This document shows, in pieces, positions 14,233 to 27,651 of a stretch of DNA of 50,406 bases. Source of the DNA: Girardia tigrina (lineage: Eukaryota); assembly GCA_001938485.1 (NCBI GenBank), contig MQRK01203367.1:35436-85841 (forward strand). The letters are read 5' to 3'. Below the pieces are notes generated by a model. It searched no databases. It was not told the origin of the DNA and worked only from the letters and a program-made list of their open reading frames with translations. A program made the position numbers and the translations under genes. Every line of letters begins with the position of its first letter. The first letter of the stretch is position 1.

Positions 14233-14727
14233 TGTGAGGAATATTTTAAATTGTTTGAATATGTAAATGTAGTGATGCTGTATGTTGATTTAAGTATGTT
14301 GAATTTAGAATGGTGATTCTCCCACGCAGATGGAAATTGGTATTTTTTTTATTTAAATTTAAAGTGATTGACTACTCGAACATAATTAAAATAATCATTT
14401 TATAAGTTAATATTTTTTATTTAACAATTTAAATTAAGTTTAATATTTTTTGGTAAAATTTAAATTAAACGCATTTTTAATAATTTGATGACATTTTTAT
14501 TATTTTGGAATTTATTGAGAAATGGTAAAATTTATTATTTTTAATTAATATTAATTAATATATTTAAAAAATGACGTAGAAAATTGTTCGAATAATCATG
14601 ATTAAAGGAGAAAGAAGAAAACTAATTAGAATGATGACAAACGATGAAAGACTTTCTGAGAGTCATAATGACTCTAAATATGATTGTAATAAAGTTCAAA
14701 CGCGACTTGTCTAAATGTTCTTAATAA
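14233..14727 (+). repeat. LTR-like repeat, TGTGAGGAATATT family, copy C
   Basis: Starts TGTGAGGAATATT at 14233; reverse complement of copy B over about 470 bp. Confidence 0.75.
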
Positions 14728-15257
14728 TATGTATTTTTCAAATCAATTATTTTAAAAATCAATTATTTAACAATCCATTTCAAACTTAAATTTTAGTAAA
14801 TAAAATAAATTATTCTTGAAAAAAATGTTAAAATTTATTAAAGATATTTTTAATTATATTTTTTTAGAAAAACTTTTGATTTTAGATATTTTCTTATTTA
14901 AGAAATTATTTATAAAAATTAATTATTTAAAAAATTTTAAGAGTGAACCTGCACCTCACACTATATATTTATATAATTTTTGGTCACTTCAGCTACTTTT
15001 AAATAAAAATGATTTTTCTCAAGGCCAAATATAATTTGTCCTACTCAGGGGGGTAGATATACTAACAGTTGCTCAGTCTATGGATATTGATTAAACGAAC
15101 AGTTGTCTAAGATGTTTTAGAATATTTCTAATAGAGTGAAAAATTTATCAATCTTCTTTCAATGAGAATTTGAACAAACAAATAATATGGTTTAACCAAT
15201 TAAAAGATCCTAATTATTATTATATATTTCAAAATTATATTTATTTTTTATTTAATT

Positions 15258-16139
15258 ATGAACAATACCATAGATTATTGTGGCATGGTACAAGGAGTTT
15301 CGAGAGGTTCACCGACGAATTCGTTATATTATATTTATTTTCCCGTTTATCTGATTGGAATGATCGCAAATGTGTTTCTTTTATACATGTACAAATATTA
15401 TCAAATTAAAGTCCTTGGTAAAAGAGAAACATTTGTATTTTTAATGAAGTCTCTGTCTGTGGCGAACCTTTTCAACTCATTTGTGTTGGTCACAGATCTC
15501 GTCACTCTCATTACCGAATTGTATACATTATATCAATTAATAGAGATTATAATCGGTTTCAAAAATTCAATGCTTATATCACAAAACTTGATCTATGTTT
15601 TACTGGCAATTGATCGATTGTTGGCTGTCACTGATCCGATCAGCACAAGATGGAAAGTAAAGGCTATTAAAGTTATTTTATTTATATTTGCACCAATATT
15701 TGCAATTATAATCGTTTCTATGGAAGTTTGTTTTATTAGTCTCTATTTGAGTTGCATTATACGAACAAATTGCGTCACTTTAATAAGAATATATTATGCT
15801 GGCATTCTAACATTATTTGTTTTGATAAATTATTCGTGTTATATCGGTCTATTTTTGTTTTTTATGTTCCGAGTGAAGAAGAATCCGTCTGACACTTCTC
15901 GAGGAACAATCAAAATGGCAAAGGTTATATTCTTTTCCACAGTTTTATTCAACATTACTCTAATTCCCGGAATTTATTCATCAATTACGAAAATCTACAC
16001 GGGATATATTTTAATTTATATGATATACATAAATATAATTATCAGTCCGATTATATTTATAATTAACAACGAATTCTTGAGAATATTCATTCTATCGAAA
16101 TTGAGATTGATCATAAATGTAGTTCAAACGTATTCTTGA
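15258..16139 (+). CDS. Intronless rhodopsin-like (class A) 7TM receptor, paralogue 1, 293 aa
   Basis: Seven hydrophobic segments, TM1 GMIANVF, TM3 LLAIDRLLAV (DRY variant), TM7 SPIIF (NPxxY variant), N-terminal NNT sequon; ORF intact in both paralogues. Confidence 0.9.
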   Translation: MNNTIDYCGMVQGVSRGSPTNSLYYIYFPVYLIGMIANVFLLYMYKYYQIKVLGKRETFVFLMKSLSVANLFNSFVLVTDLVTLITELYTLYQLIEIIIGFKNSMLISQNLIYVLLAIDRLLAVTDPISTRWKVKAIKVILFIFAPIFAIIIVSMEVCFISLYLSCIIRTNCVTLIRIYYAGILTLFVLINYSCYIGLFLFFMFRVKKNPSDTSRGTIKMAKVIFFSTVLFNITLIPGIYSSITKIYTGYILIYMIYINIIISPIIFIINNEFLRIFILSKLRLIINVVQTYS

Positions 16140-16190
16140 GAATATTCATTCTGTCGAAATTGAGATTGATCATAAATGTAGTTCAAACGT
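16073..16190 (+). repeat. 59-bp tandem duplication over the receptor 3' end
   Basis: 16073-16131 repeated at 16132-16190 with one mismatch; single copy in paralogue 2. Confidence 0.9.
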
Positions 16191-18015
16191 GATCCGATCA
16201 AAGTCGATGAAGATAACAATGTGACACCTTTTTTTGCTCACAAATTACTCACGAATTTTAACATTATTTTTGTTTCCATTTGCACAAAATAGAGTAAATG
16301 AATTTGTTGTCAAATTTAAATAAATTAATAATTTAAAAATATCACTTCTGAAAATTAATAAAATTTTGACAATCCTTACATTTAAGAAAAAAAAACAAAT
16401 TTTCGTATTCTAAAATATAATTTTTCTATGGGAAATATAATGTTTCAATCATAAAAGTAATAAAAAGAGGCATCAATAAATATTAATATAAGTCTTTCAC
16501 GAAGTGACAGTATCAATATTGTTAAGAGAACTCACACATTTGACCGAACATTTATTACATTCACATTTATTATCGTCTTTATGATGATCAATAGTATTGA
16601 TTTCACTTAAATCCATCAATCAATTTTCAATATCTCTCATTATAATCTGAACTATACTTGAGAAGATTATTTTATTTAAAAATATTTACTTTAAATTTTA
16701 TTGGCTGAAATAAAATATTTTTATAGTTATTTTTAAACATTAATTTGATTTTAATTATTTAAAAATTTACAAAAATAAAATCAATAAAATTATTGAAAAG
16801 TTACAAAAATTTACAAAAATTAAAAATTTGAATATTAAATCTAAATTTAAATAAATTAGTTTCAGATTACAAGAATTAAAATATTGATCATCCATCTGGT
16901 TAGGAGAGGCACAATCCCAAATCAACACACAACATTTGAACATGCAAACACTACAAAAAACAATTACACACCCAATATTCCTCACATCCCTCTCGATTTA
17001 AGTGGCTTTAGACATTCCACATTTCTGATCAAAATTTTACCATCTTCTAGCTCCAATTCATGACTTCTTTCATGTCTTCTGCTTTTTACTGTGTCTGGAC
17101 CCATATATCGATCTTCTTCCTTTGTAGCATTTTCTTTTTTTTATCAACACTTTATTCCCGTATGAAATATTCCTTTTGTCTCTATCGTATTTTCGCTCTT
17201 TTCTTTCTTATTACAACTCTGTTTCTTAGTATCTTTCCACCTTTCCGCTGACCTCTTCCCTATTGTTTTCTGTAAAGTTGCGTTTAACGTGAATTTTATT
17301 TCCGGTAGTAGTTCCTCCCAGTCTGATCCTTTCTTTGTATGTAACGACGCGTTTAATATTTTCTAATCGTCCGAAATTGTCTTTCTACAATTCCATTCGT
17401 GTTATGATGGTACGAATTTGAGTAACACATTTTAATGCTCATGCTTTCAGCCATGTCTTTTATTACCTTCGATTCGAATGTTTTACCACAATCTGTATGA
17501 ATCTCTTTCGGAGCACCAAACCGTAAAAACCATTTTGTCATAATTGTATTTTTTTATTGTGATTTCGTCTTGTTTACTAACCGCTGTAAATGAAATATAT
17601 CTATGGAATTGATCGATTATTGCGACAATGTAATTTTTCTTTCTCAATGTTTCTTTTAGTGGTCCACAAATTTCGATATATAATTTCTCAAATGGTTCGT
17701 TTACGACTAATTTTATTCGTTTTTCTTTTGTGACCGTCTTAATTGTTTTGCTTTTTTGACAAACTACACATAGTCCTATCACCTCCTTTATTATTTTATT
17801 TCAGTTGGTCATTTCATACTTTTCTGCAATATATTTTGTCACTTTTCCGCACCAGCGTTAGAAAGCCACGTTTTTTTCTGCATAATCATTTCTTCTCTGT
17901 TTGGATCCGGTATCCAAATTTTTCCTTTGTTCGTCTTTATTATACCATCTATAATCACATGGCTTTTCTTTTTACCTGAATTTATGTTCATCTTTATTTT
18001 TTCCTTGACTCCATC

Positions 18016-18018
<3 letters not shown>

Positions 18019-18063
<45 letters not shown>
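18019..18063. repeat. (TA)n microsatellite; others near 20259, 25755, 28358, 30087 and 47140
   Basis: Seen directly in the sequence. Confidence 0.95.
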
Positions 18064-18069
<6 letters not shown>

Positions 18070-19827
18070 ATCTACTACGTTTATCCTTCGAGTCTTGATC
18101 TTCTACGTCTTTGCCTCTTCGTGTACCATTAAACATTGTGTGTATGTATCACACTTGTTCCGTAATAGCATATCTGCGTTAGAATGGCTTACTCTTTTTC
18201 GGTATTCTAGTTGTATATCCAGACTTCATAGATAGTTTATCCACGTCTGAAATTACGCTGTAATCGGTTTCTTTGTCTTCAGTATGACTGGAATTGCCTT
18301 GTGATCTGTTCGTAGAATAAATCTCTTTCCGTGCAAATAATGGTTGAAATGTTGACAAAAGTAATAAATTGCCAATAACTCCATTCTTGTTACGCAGTAG
18401 CCTTTCTCGGGATTACTCATTTAGTGTGACCATTTCTATCCTTCTGTGACAGTACCACTCCGATGGTGTTGAAACTAGCTTCTGTATCTAAAATAAATTC
18501 CTTCTCCAAATCTGGGAATCCAAGAATTGGGGGTCTAGTCAAGGCTTCCTTCATTTCAGACACGCTTCTGTTCATAATAATTTCTTCTTGTCCAATCCAC
18601 ACAATTGTTCTAATGTCTTTGCTTTCGTTGCATAATTTTTGGTGAATCTTAAAAAATAGTTACAGATCCATAGGAAACTTCTAAAATTTTTTATTCATTT
18701 CGGTTTTTCAAAAGATTTAATAGCTTCCAATTTTGCCGGATCTGTTTGAATCCCGTTTTCATTGATTACATGCCCCAGGAATTCGACTTCTATCTTTAAA
18801 ATATGGCATTTTTTCTGGATTATTTCTTAGACCTGCCTTTTCAATTCTATTCAATACTCTGTCTAAAATCTCGTAATGCTTTTCTAATGATTTAGAGAAG
18901 ATTAAGATATCGTCCAAATAAACTACTGTCTGTTCTATAACCCCAAATATCCCTGTCATAAGTTTTTGAAACATTCCCGGTGCCTCTGCAATACCAAACG
19001 GAATTCTGTTAAAACAAAATTGCCCCACTTTTGTCGAAAACGCCGTTTTCAGCTTTGATTCTTCTTATAGTTCTAACTGGTAATATGCATTACCCAAATC
19101 AATCGAAGTAAAATATCTAGATCGATGCAACTTGTCCATCGTTTCTATCATATTTGGCATTTGAAATGCCTGTCTTTCTGTAACTAATTTCAGTTGTCTA
19201 CTGTCTAAGCACAGTCTAATATCATTTTTTTCTTTTTTCCACACGCATATCATAGGAGCATTCAATGGAGAGTTACACTTCTTTATAACGTTGTTTTCCA
19301 ACAAGTTTTTTATAGTTTCATTGATTTTCTCTTCTAGATTGATTGGATGTCTATGTGGTTTCAAATTAATTGGCGGTCATTTTGTATCTATTCTGTGTTT
19401 TATCAACGTCGTGCATCCTATATCCCATTTATGCGCCATGAAGACTCTTTTATTCATCTCTACGATATTGATTATCTTTGGTTTATCAGCGATATGCATC
19501 GTATTTTGGTTTTCTGAAATCGTTCCTCGTCTGTCAATTTCCGGCCGCATCTTGCTTCTAAATTACATACCTGAAAATTTTGATCGAGTATTTCATCGTT
19601 TTTCTTTTTCAAACATAACTCAATTCCGAACTCACTCTGAAAATTATGTTTGGGGTAATGTCAGTTACAACTATAAACGTTATATTTCTCTATTTGTCTT
19701 TGATATATACATCCACTGATATCTTACCAATACTTTCTAGTGGACTATTATTTGCACAGAGTAATTTAATACCCGCTGCTTCCAATTTCACATCCTTTAG
19801 TTTTTTTTCAAAAATCGTCTTGCTCAT

Positions 19828-20258
19828 TGTTGGGGTTACTTTTGGTGAACTTTAAATTTTTGATATTTTTTAAAAATCATATTTGTATTTTAAGTAAATT
19901 AAAAAATAATGTTCGATTAATTAAAATGAAATAATTCTTTAAAATAAAAACCTTTTAAATTCTTAAAAAAAGAACAAGCTCATTCTTTAAATTTTTGGAA
20001 ATAATTAATTGTTATAAATAATCTCTAAAATAAAATCAAAAGTTTTAAACAGTTATTAGTAAAAAAAAATCTTAATTAATTTTAAAAAAGTTATTATCAT
20101 AAATAATTGAATTTTAATTGTTTAGCATTTATTTTAAGAGTTATTCAGAAGAATTTTTGTTAAAATTTTTGTTGTCAAAGATGTAATAAAAAAAAGATAA
20201 TTTAAAGTTAAAAGGCAGTTGGAAATTCTGCAAATTAAAATTCGATAAATAAAAGATA

Positions 20259-20290
<32 letters not shown>

Positions 20291-20689
20291 TTTTATAATT
20301 AATGAATCTCTNNNNNNNNNNNNNNNNNNNNNNNNNNNNNNNNNNNNNNNNNNNNNNNNNNTAATTAATGAATCTCTATTAAATAATAATAAATTTAAAT
20401 ATTGCTAAATATTTTTGTATTTTAAATTGGTAAGTTATTTTTGCAATTTTATTAAAAAACAAATTAAAAAGAAATAATTTGAATCGAATGATTTAAAATA
20501 AAAAAAATCAAAATTGAATAAAATAACATATTTATATATTTATTGATATTATTATTTATATTTAGAATTTTGAGATCTGGATTATGTAATTAAAATATTG
20601 TTCCTCATAAATTTGTTTCAATAATGAAAATTGTAATAGAAATAAAGTTTACAAAATTATGACTTCAAATTTTAATCACAAACCTAATA
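19828..20689. mobile_element. Solo-LTR-like insertion with 5-bp TSD CTCAT, inside the Gypsy protease
   Basis: CTCAT at 19823-19827 and 20690-20694; termini TGTTGGGG...CCTAATA; homologous to 34666-35458; removal restores protease VNVMSKTIF. Confidence 0.85.
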
Positions 20690-21764
20690 CTCATCACGTT
20701 CACTCTAGTCCCTGTGTCTTATTAACAGTCCTCCTTGATATGTTGTATCTTTACTTTTACACTTGCTCGACCTTGCATTTTGATGTATACGATATTTTCA
20801 GTTTTCCATTCTTCTATGGTTAAAATCCTAGTTTCTTCCCTAGTATTTCTGTCCTCTACTGGTTCAACTAAACACTTTCCACAATTATCTCCGCATAAAT
20901 CTTTTTTTATAAACTTCCGGACTTTATCGTTTACGTTCTATTCTACTGCTATAATATTTTCTGTTTTGTCTCTCATTATGTTCATAATATCTGTTACACT
21001 ACTTTCACTATAAATACCGATATTTTAGGAGTCCTTTAAATCTATTAGTTTATTGCCCCGACTGGCTCCACTTCTATCGAGGCTTTGTCTTTTGGGTGAT
21101 CTTCCTCTATCACTGAAGTTTCATATTCTTCTTCAATGTTCGCCAAAAATCCTCTATTGTCTCTATCTCTATATTGTCGTTGATTGTAACCCTATCCTTG
21201 GTACTTGTTATTCGTTGTTCTTTGTTAGTTTCTTCTCCCGTTTAACTTGGTGTAACATTCGTCTTCTCGATGACCTCTATTATGGCACCGTTTACATTCT
21301 ATATTTGGACAGTTTCTTCTAATATGTCCCTCCATCCGAAGCATTTCCTAGTCTCCCGTTGTCTATTTGTTACGCTCGTGTATTGGTTTCTCTATAGTTT
21401 TGATTATTAGTATATCTGTTCTTCTCCGTGCCCCCAACTCTTGTATGCTTTTGTTCAAAGCTATTGTTATTTTGAGTCACAGCATCCTTGTAGCTCCTTG
21501 ATCTGTTCTGCGTTCTGTTATCTCTCACTACGTTTATCTGATTCTCTATATTCTTAATCTCGTGAATCTTTCTTTTTTTTCTTTTATGTGTTCTTTTCTT
21601 TTATTTGTTCCTTTAAATTTGCATCTCGTCAGAATAATTTATTATTTTTTTAATTGAAAAGGTAAAATATTTTAATGTTATAATGTTAATATACTTATTA
21701 AATATATTTTAATAGAAGTTATGAAACAATTTTAAATAACTTTTAAAATAATTTTTTTAGTTTA

Positions 21765-24700
21765 TGTGAAAATCATATAATAAATTTGCAAGATTTTAAA
21801 AATTGAATTGAAAAGAATTTAATAGATTAATTTGTGGCGAGATAATTAAATTAACAAAAAAATTTGTTTAAATATGTGAATTGTTGTTATATTGATAAAT
21901 TTTGGTGTTAAAAAATGAATTCTGATTTTGATGTTGCAACCACTTTTCACATGGCGACTAACGCTGCAATGGATATCTTCACGGGTCAACTGATACCTCA
22001 AAAGTACAGGAAAGACGATAATGTGGAGACATTTATTGAAGAATGTGAAACATTCTTTAATTTTGCAGGAGACAATAGTCATTTGTTTGTTGGAGAGAGA
22101 TATGAAAGATCGATAAAAAGCGATAGTATACGACAATAGTAGGTTATAAAGACCGATTGAGAAAGGCATTCTCTCGAACTTCCTCACTATTCGAAGACCT
22201 GGCTGAGGCATGCCGGTACAGGATGAAGGAAGACATACTGGAAGTATTTTTTACGAAAGTAGAAAAGCTCGCGGCCAAGATCTTGAAACATGACTTGTCA
22301 AAAGAAGCCCTCACGAAAGCATTATTGTTACATTGTTATGATGATGAGGACATAAAAAATGAAGTGAGAATTAACAAAGTGAAAGGAATAAATGAGATAA
22401 AAGAAAAGATAAAGGCAGTACATGACGTCAAAAGTGTGACAGAAGACATGAATGTAGTAAGAGACCAGGGATGCAAAACAGACTCCGGAGTTACAGAGAA
22501 GCAGTAACAGGAGACAGTAAATACGGACAAAATCAGACAGGGGTTGGTAGAAATACTACAATATACGCTCAAGGCATGAAAGCGGTCAAATGTAGAAATT
22601 GTGAAGACAAATTGTGTAGACAAAGAAAAAATCGATTTTTAAGCACTTTTTTGAGAATTTCAGAAATGTTCGAAAAAATCGATATTTCAGCACTTTTTTG
22701 AAAATATTGATGTGGAATCTGAATTTTCGTATATGGGTTACTATTTAAGTGCATGAGTACATTTTTGATATTCTGCTTCCTTGTGCCTTTAAAATCGATG
22801 TGTATTTTGTGTAAATTTACCCATTATGCTAATTATAGGAAAAAGTAATCAACATATGAAAATTCTAATTTCATATTAAGATAGAAAATCAAAATTTGTA
22901 TCAAACACATGATATAGATATTTGACACTAGTACTTTTAAAATTTTTATGTATTGATTTTTGCACTTCTGCACATGTTTAACGTAAAAAAGCTCTGTGCT
23001 AGCACATTAAAAATGTGCGGCACAATGTGTACTATCAATTGGTATTTTAAAAATATCGATTAGAACATTTCGGTACTGTGCAGTAATCGATTAGCACTTT
23101 TTTCTTAGGTTGCTATGGATACGGTAACCGTTACCATGGTTAAAACCACCTCAAATTACTGTATCCGTTGCTAATGAAAGCATGCAATTTATAATTATTT
23201 GTTTTATAATATTAATTCATATATATTATTATTTTGTTGAATTCAGTAGTTTTAAAATAATATTATAAAACTACTACAATTATATTGATTTTTATAATTT
23301 ATTATGTATCTTATTATTTCTCTTATTTTATAAATGATATTATAAAACTACTACTATTATATTGATAAATCAATAAAGTTGTAGTTTTAGAGTGTTATTT
23401 ATTTTGACATATAGAATTAAATATATAATCTTGTCTCTATCTTTCTTTTAAATTGCATAACCGTGTTCATTTTTAATACTTACTGATTCTTAATCGTTAC
23501 ATAATTTTTGTCTATTTTTCTATATAAAAAAACCGGTTGTAGTTTTATAAATTTAGTTTTAATATTTGTTACAACAATTAAATATTCAAAATAATATTCT
23601 TAGAATAAAATAATATTCTTTTAGAACAATTAAATATTCTTAAGGGAACCAGTAACCAATCAGAAGCGTTTCTGACTAGGCTTCGGTGATCGCGACCGTT
23701 GCTGCCTAGGCTAAGGACATGTGAACCGTCTGATTTTTGCAAATTTTTATTGATTTTGCAAATTTTTATTGATTTTTGCACATTTTACCCTATTGACTTG
23801 CATATTTGGAACTTGATTTTGATTGGCTTAGCACATTTACATTGCTCGGAAACCTGGAACCAATCAGAAACGTTGCTAAAGTGATCGGAACCGTTGCTAC
23901 GGTATTCGGTCCCTTGGTTACCGTTTCTATGGAACCACTGACCAATCAGAAGTGTTTTTGGGTGATCGCGATCCTTGTTAGGGTACCTGGAACCAATCAA
24001 AAGCGTTTCCAAGCAAATCAGAACCATTGCTAAGGACCCTGGAACCAATCAGAAGCGTTTCTATGGTGATCGGAACTATTGCCATGGAGACGGAAACCGT
24101 TGCTATGGCATTGATTATTGATTTTATTAATCGAATTATTGATTTTATTGATTATTATTTTTTTCTGATCGGATCAGACCCCCTTCACTCAGCATTTATT
24201 TATACGGGAAGCGATTCACTTTAAGAACGGATCATAAGGCAATTACGTTTATGGTTAAAACAAAAAAAACGATAACGGCGCAATTTCAGACATGGATAAA
24301 TTATTTATCAAGCCTGGACATACACTTAGAATACAGAAAATAAACAGATCATTCCAACGAGGATATATTGTCTCGGAATACATGTGATACATGCTTGATG
24401 GCTCGCTCATAAAAATGCTAAAATGATTAAGATAAAGACTCGAAGAATCAACGTGTTGGACACATCGTAGATATTCAAAGATCAACAAGAAGAAATAGAA
24501 GAACTTAAAAGAGATCCAAGTTCAGATAAAGACAGAAAGCTTACGATTGAAGATGGCATAATAAGAACAAACATGGGGAAGATTTGGATACTAAAGTCAA
24601 GAAGATACTAAAAGAGAAGAAATGATCATACAAATACATACGTTATTGTCACACGCGGTCGCAGAGAAAGTAACGAAGTACATCTCAGAAAATTATGACA

Positions 24701-25456
24701 TGATCAATCAGAATGAAATAATAACAGAAGTAATTGGACAATGTGAAGCATGCCAAAAAAGTAAAATATTAACGACCGTTACTAAGGAAAAACGGTTGAC
24801 TCTGATCGCAAATGAACAATTTGAGAAAATGTACATAGACATATAAGTACCACTAAAGGAGACTTGGTTAAGAAAAAACTATATTTATGCAATCATAGAT
24901 TAGTTTAGTAGGTAAATATCTTTAACAGCCATTAGCAAGCAGGATGAAATAACCATAAAAGACACAATAAAGACGAAATGGATCTTGAGATTTGGAGCAC
25001 CAAAAGAAATACGTACAGATTGTGGCAAGACATTCGAATCGAAGGTAATCAAAGACATAGCAGAATAAATGAATATAAAAATGTATTACTCGAGTCCGTA
25101 CCATCATAACATGAATGGAATAGTAGAAAGACAATTTCGGAAGATTAGAGAATATTTAAACGCATCGTTACATACAAATAAAGGATCAGATTGGGAGGAA
25201 CTACTACCGGAAATAGAATTCACATTAAACACAACATTTCAGAAAACAATAGGGAAGAGCTCGGCGGAAATTATATTTGGTAAGGAAATATACAGAGAAG
25301 GATGGCATAGTCAAGACATAAAGTTACAAGAAAAAGAAAACACAACAGCCAGAAGAAATTTCGAAATTGGAGATGAAGTACTAGTCAAGGTGGAAACGAG
25401 GATAAAAGTAGAGATAAACATGAAGGACCGTATAAAGTGGTAGAAGAATACATGAT
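21765..25456 (+). mobile_element. Ty3/Gypsy element: 5' LTR 21765-21951, PBS, gag; PR-RT missing; RNaseH end and IN at 24195-25456
   Basis: LTR bounded by a perfect 8-bp inverted repeat TGTGAAAA/TTTTCACA, followed directly by PBS-like TGGCGACT; gag MDIFTGQLIPQKY..FIEECETFF; pol resumes at YLYGKRFTLRTDHKAITFM; integrase closely resembles 17000-18300. Confidence 0.88.
22630..24197. repeat. Truncated copy of the X-box/CCAAT (Polinton-like TIR) repeat lying within the Gypsy element
   Basis: 22630-23180 aligns by eye with 47186-47725 and 23640-24110 with 47730-47990; AT-rich spacer at about 23185-23640; terminal CTACT absent. Confidence 0.8.
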
Positions 25457-25750
25457 TTGTTGGAGAAAACCAAAACAAAAAAATTACCAGTTATTTACAT
25501 TTGGTTAATTGAAGAAAAGTCTATTTTGAGTCCTCTCTCATAAAGTGTTTTTGTAAAAGAATTTAAAAATTAAATGATGGGTGAGGTGTAAATGTAATGG
25601 TTGGAAGTGGAATAAAATAACCAAAAACGCAAGGAAGAATTCTTTTTTTGAAAAATCTAAATCTTCATTTGAAAATTTATTGTTATTAAGGCATGAAAAT
25701 TGTATTTGAGTATAATATTGATAAAAAAATGTAGTTGAGTGGTTTGAACA

Positions 25751-25786
<36 letters not shown>

Positions 25787-25959
25787 TTTCAAAATTAATA
25801 TCCAATCAAAAATATAATCGAGAAATCAAATAAATCATATTTATTTGTATCACAACTTTAATTGCCACTAAACTTTCGTAGCTAATCATCGTTCTTGATT
25901 GATAAAATTAATTTTATTTTTAAACGTCTTATTATTTAAACAAATTTAAAATAAAAGAA

Positions 25960-26130
25960 AGTTTTACATAAAGGAATTAAATCCCGAATACTTATAATGG
26001 ATAATGCACGCATTCATCCTTTTAGAAATTTAAATTTTGATTGTTTTAAGGATATTTTTTTAACCATATTGTCAATTTTTAAATCAAATAGAGAACTGTT
26101 TTGCAAAATGGACAAATTTTGTTTCAAGAT
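25960..26130 (+). pseudogene. IS630/Tc1-type DDE transposase fragment
   Basis: YLIMDNARIHP followed by FLNQIENCFAKW (LNPIE motif), frameshifted. Confidence 0.7.
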
Positions 26131-26644
26131 AATTAAATAAAATCACCCTCCCCGCGAAAAATTCTAATTATAATCTTAATTAACTTAAGTTTTGCAGAGC
26201 ATGGAACTTTTTCTTCTTCAAAACATTAAACATGCTGCAGATAACGAAGTCCTGGTATCAATAGAAGACAATAATGAACAATTTATTAAATGTTTCAAGA
26301 TTTAATTTGCTGTACCAATGAAATTTAATTGAATGAATGAATTACTATTTCATTTAATGATATTACGCTTTCAAATTGTGCCGGATATTACTGAAATATG
26401 CTCGGATATCTCAATAGCTCAGTAAATAGTGAAGTTATTGAATGTTGATGAATAAATGGAATTTAAAATTGTGCTTCTTGGGTTTATATTTTTTATTTCA
26501 GAAAATTTATAGTGACTAAATTTATATTTTATTCAACATGGACTTATTTGATCTAAAAAACAGTGGAAATTTTGGAAAGATTCAACACTTTCTTTGATAA
26601 TTAAAAAGAAGCAATTATAAAAAATCATATTTTATCACAATAAA

Positions 26645-27645
26645 TCAATTATTTTTCGGTAATTTATTGATTCTCTTCAAAAGATTACACTCTATCTCGT
26701 GAATCTTGTCCTCAATATCTGCCGTAACCGACGGAAACACTTTCTCACACTCTTCTCTCAAGATCTGACCGATTGCGTCTAAAGACAAATCGGAGAATTG
26801 AGAAATCTCTCCTTCAATCGCTCCTTCAAATCTTTCATTGAATTCCTTCTCCAAATTGATATCATCATCGACACTCCTCACCGAATGAGACCGAACCGAT
26901 CCATCCGGCTCAAAACAATCGTGATACGAGTTAGAATCGAGTGTTTCGCACAGCGGAAAAGGAAAAGGCGTCTTATCAGATGGAAGAGTCTCGACAGAAA
27001 GATCTAATCCGAGTACTCTTTCGGCTCTACTGTAACAGAAAACGTACTCAAACAATTTATGGTGTTGAATGAGACCGGACAGAATGAAACCGTTGAGTTT
27101 TTTCATTTCATCTGTCGACAGATTCACCAAAATTCCTTTATGAGAAGAGTTTATTCCGTTTTCATCGCTCATCGAAATCATATCTCTAAAGTCGATTATA
27201 TTCTCTTTAATATTAACGTGTTTCGATTGGATGTTATCGAATAAACAATGAATCGAGTAAAATATCGATGAGAATTTGGAGGTCGTCAACTCGAAATTGT
27301 CTCGTAACCATAACACCGAGTTAACGTAGAAATCAACGATTATCGCTGATTTCAGGTCTAAATCCGGTGATTCCAATTTGAAGTTCGTGATTATTATATC
27401 TTCGATTTCGCCTAAATTCGACGATTGCAAAAGGTTCTTACAAATTTGTTCACTGAGAAAATGAAATGAGTTCGGTTCTTTTCTTTGGTTTTCCGTTGTG
27501 GAATTTTTTGCCAAATTTCTGACATTAGATTTCGGACTTTTCGATCTAAGTTTTTCAAATTTGTTTTATTTATAAACAATTGAAGTAAAAAAACATTTTT
27601 TTTTAAATAACAAATATTAATTTTAAATACTTACCTTGATGTCAT
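26645..27645 (-). CDS. CABCOCO1: CABCOCO1/C10orf107-like ciliary calcium-binding coiled-coil protein, 303 aa; exons 27645-27635 and 27545-26645
   Basis: LKSAIIVDFYVNSVLW, LIQHHKLFEYVF..RAERVLG and PFPFPLCE match my recollection of the family. ATGACATCAAG|GTAAGT donor at 27634 and TTAG acceptor at 27546 define an 89-nt intron that splices in frame (MTSRSKSPKSNVRNLAKN...). Confidence 0.85.
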
Positions 27646-27651
27646 AATTCT

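Larger units (their letters stand above)
16740..21570 (-). mobile_element. Degenerate Ty3/Gypsy element: gag, PR, RT, RNaseH, IN and 3' LTR starting at 16986
   Basis: Double zinc knuckle near 21265-21345 (GHIRRNCPNIECKRCHNRGHREDEC); protease DTGTRVNVM|SKTIF split by the 19828-20689 insert; RT SIDLGNAYYQ, YLDDILIF; RNase H LDTEASFNTIG; integrase TDCGKTFES, NGIVERQFR; PPT GAGAGGGA then TGTGAGGAATATT at 16986. Confidence 0.92.

Noticed and set aside
15170-15409. Conserved overlapping 79-aa ORF (also 43246-43485)
   Set aside because: Starts at TTG, and its conservation follows from the recent duplication of the whole block.
14233-16986. Receptor paralogue 1 carried in a TIR element bounded by TGTGAGGAATATT...AATATTCCTCACA
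   Set aside because: No TSD; the right end follows a polypurine tract and is the 3' LTR of the minus-strand Gypsy; paralogue 2 lacks these flanks.
23578-24224. Short ORFs in the X-box repeat (also 47823-48186)
   Set aside because: Open frames arise from the minisatellite period being a multiple of three; no protein motifs.
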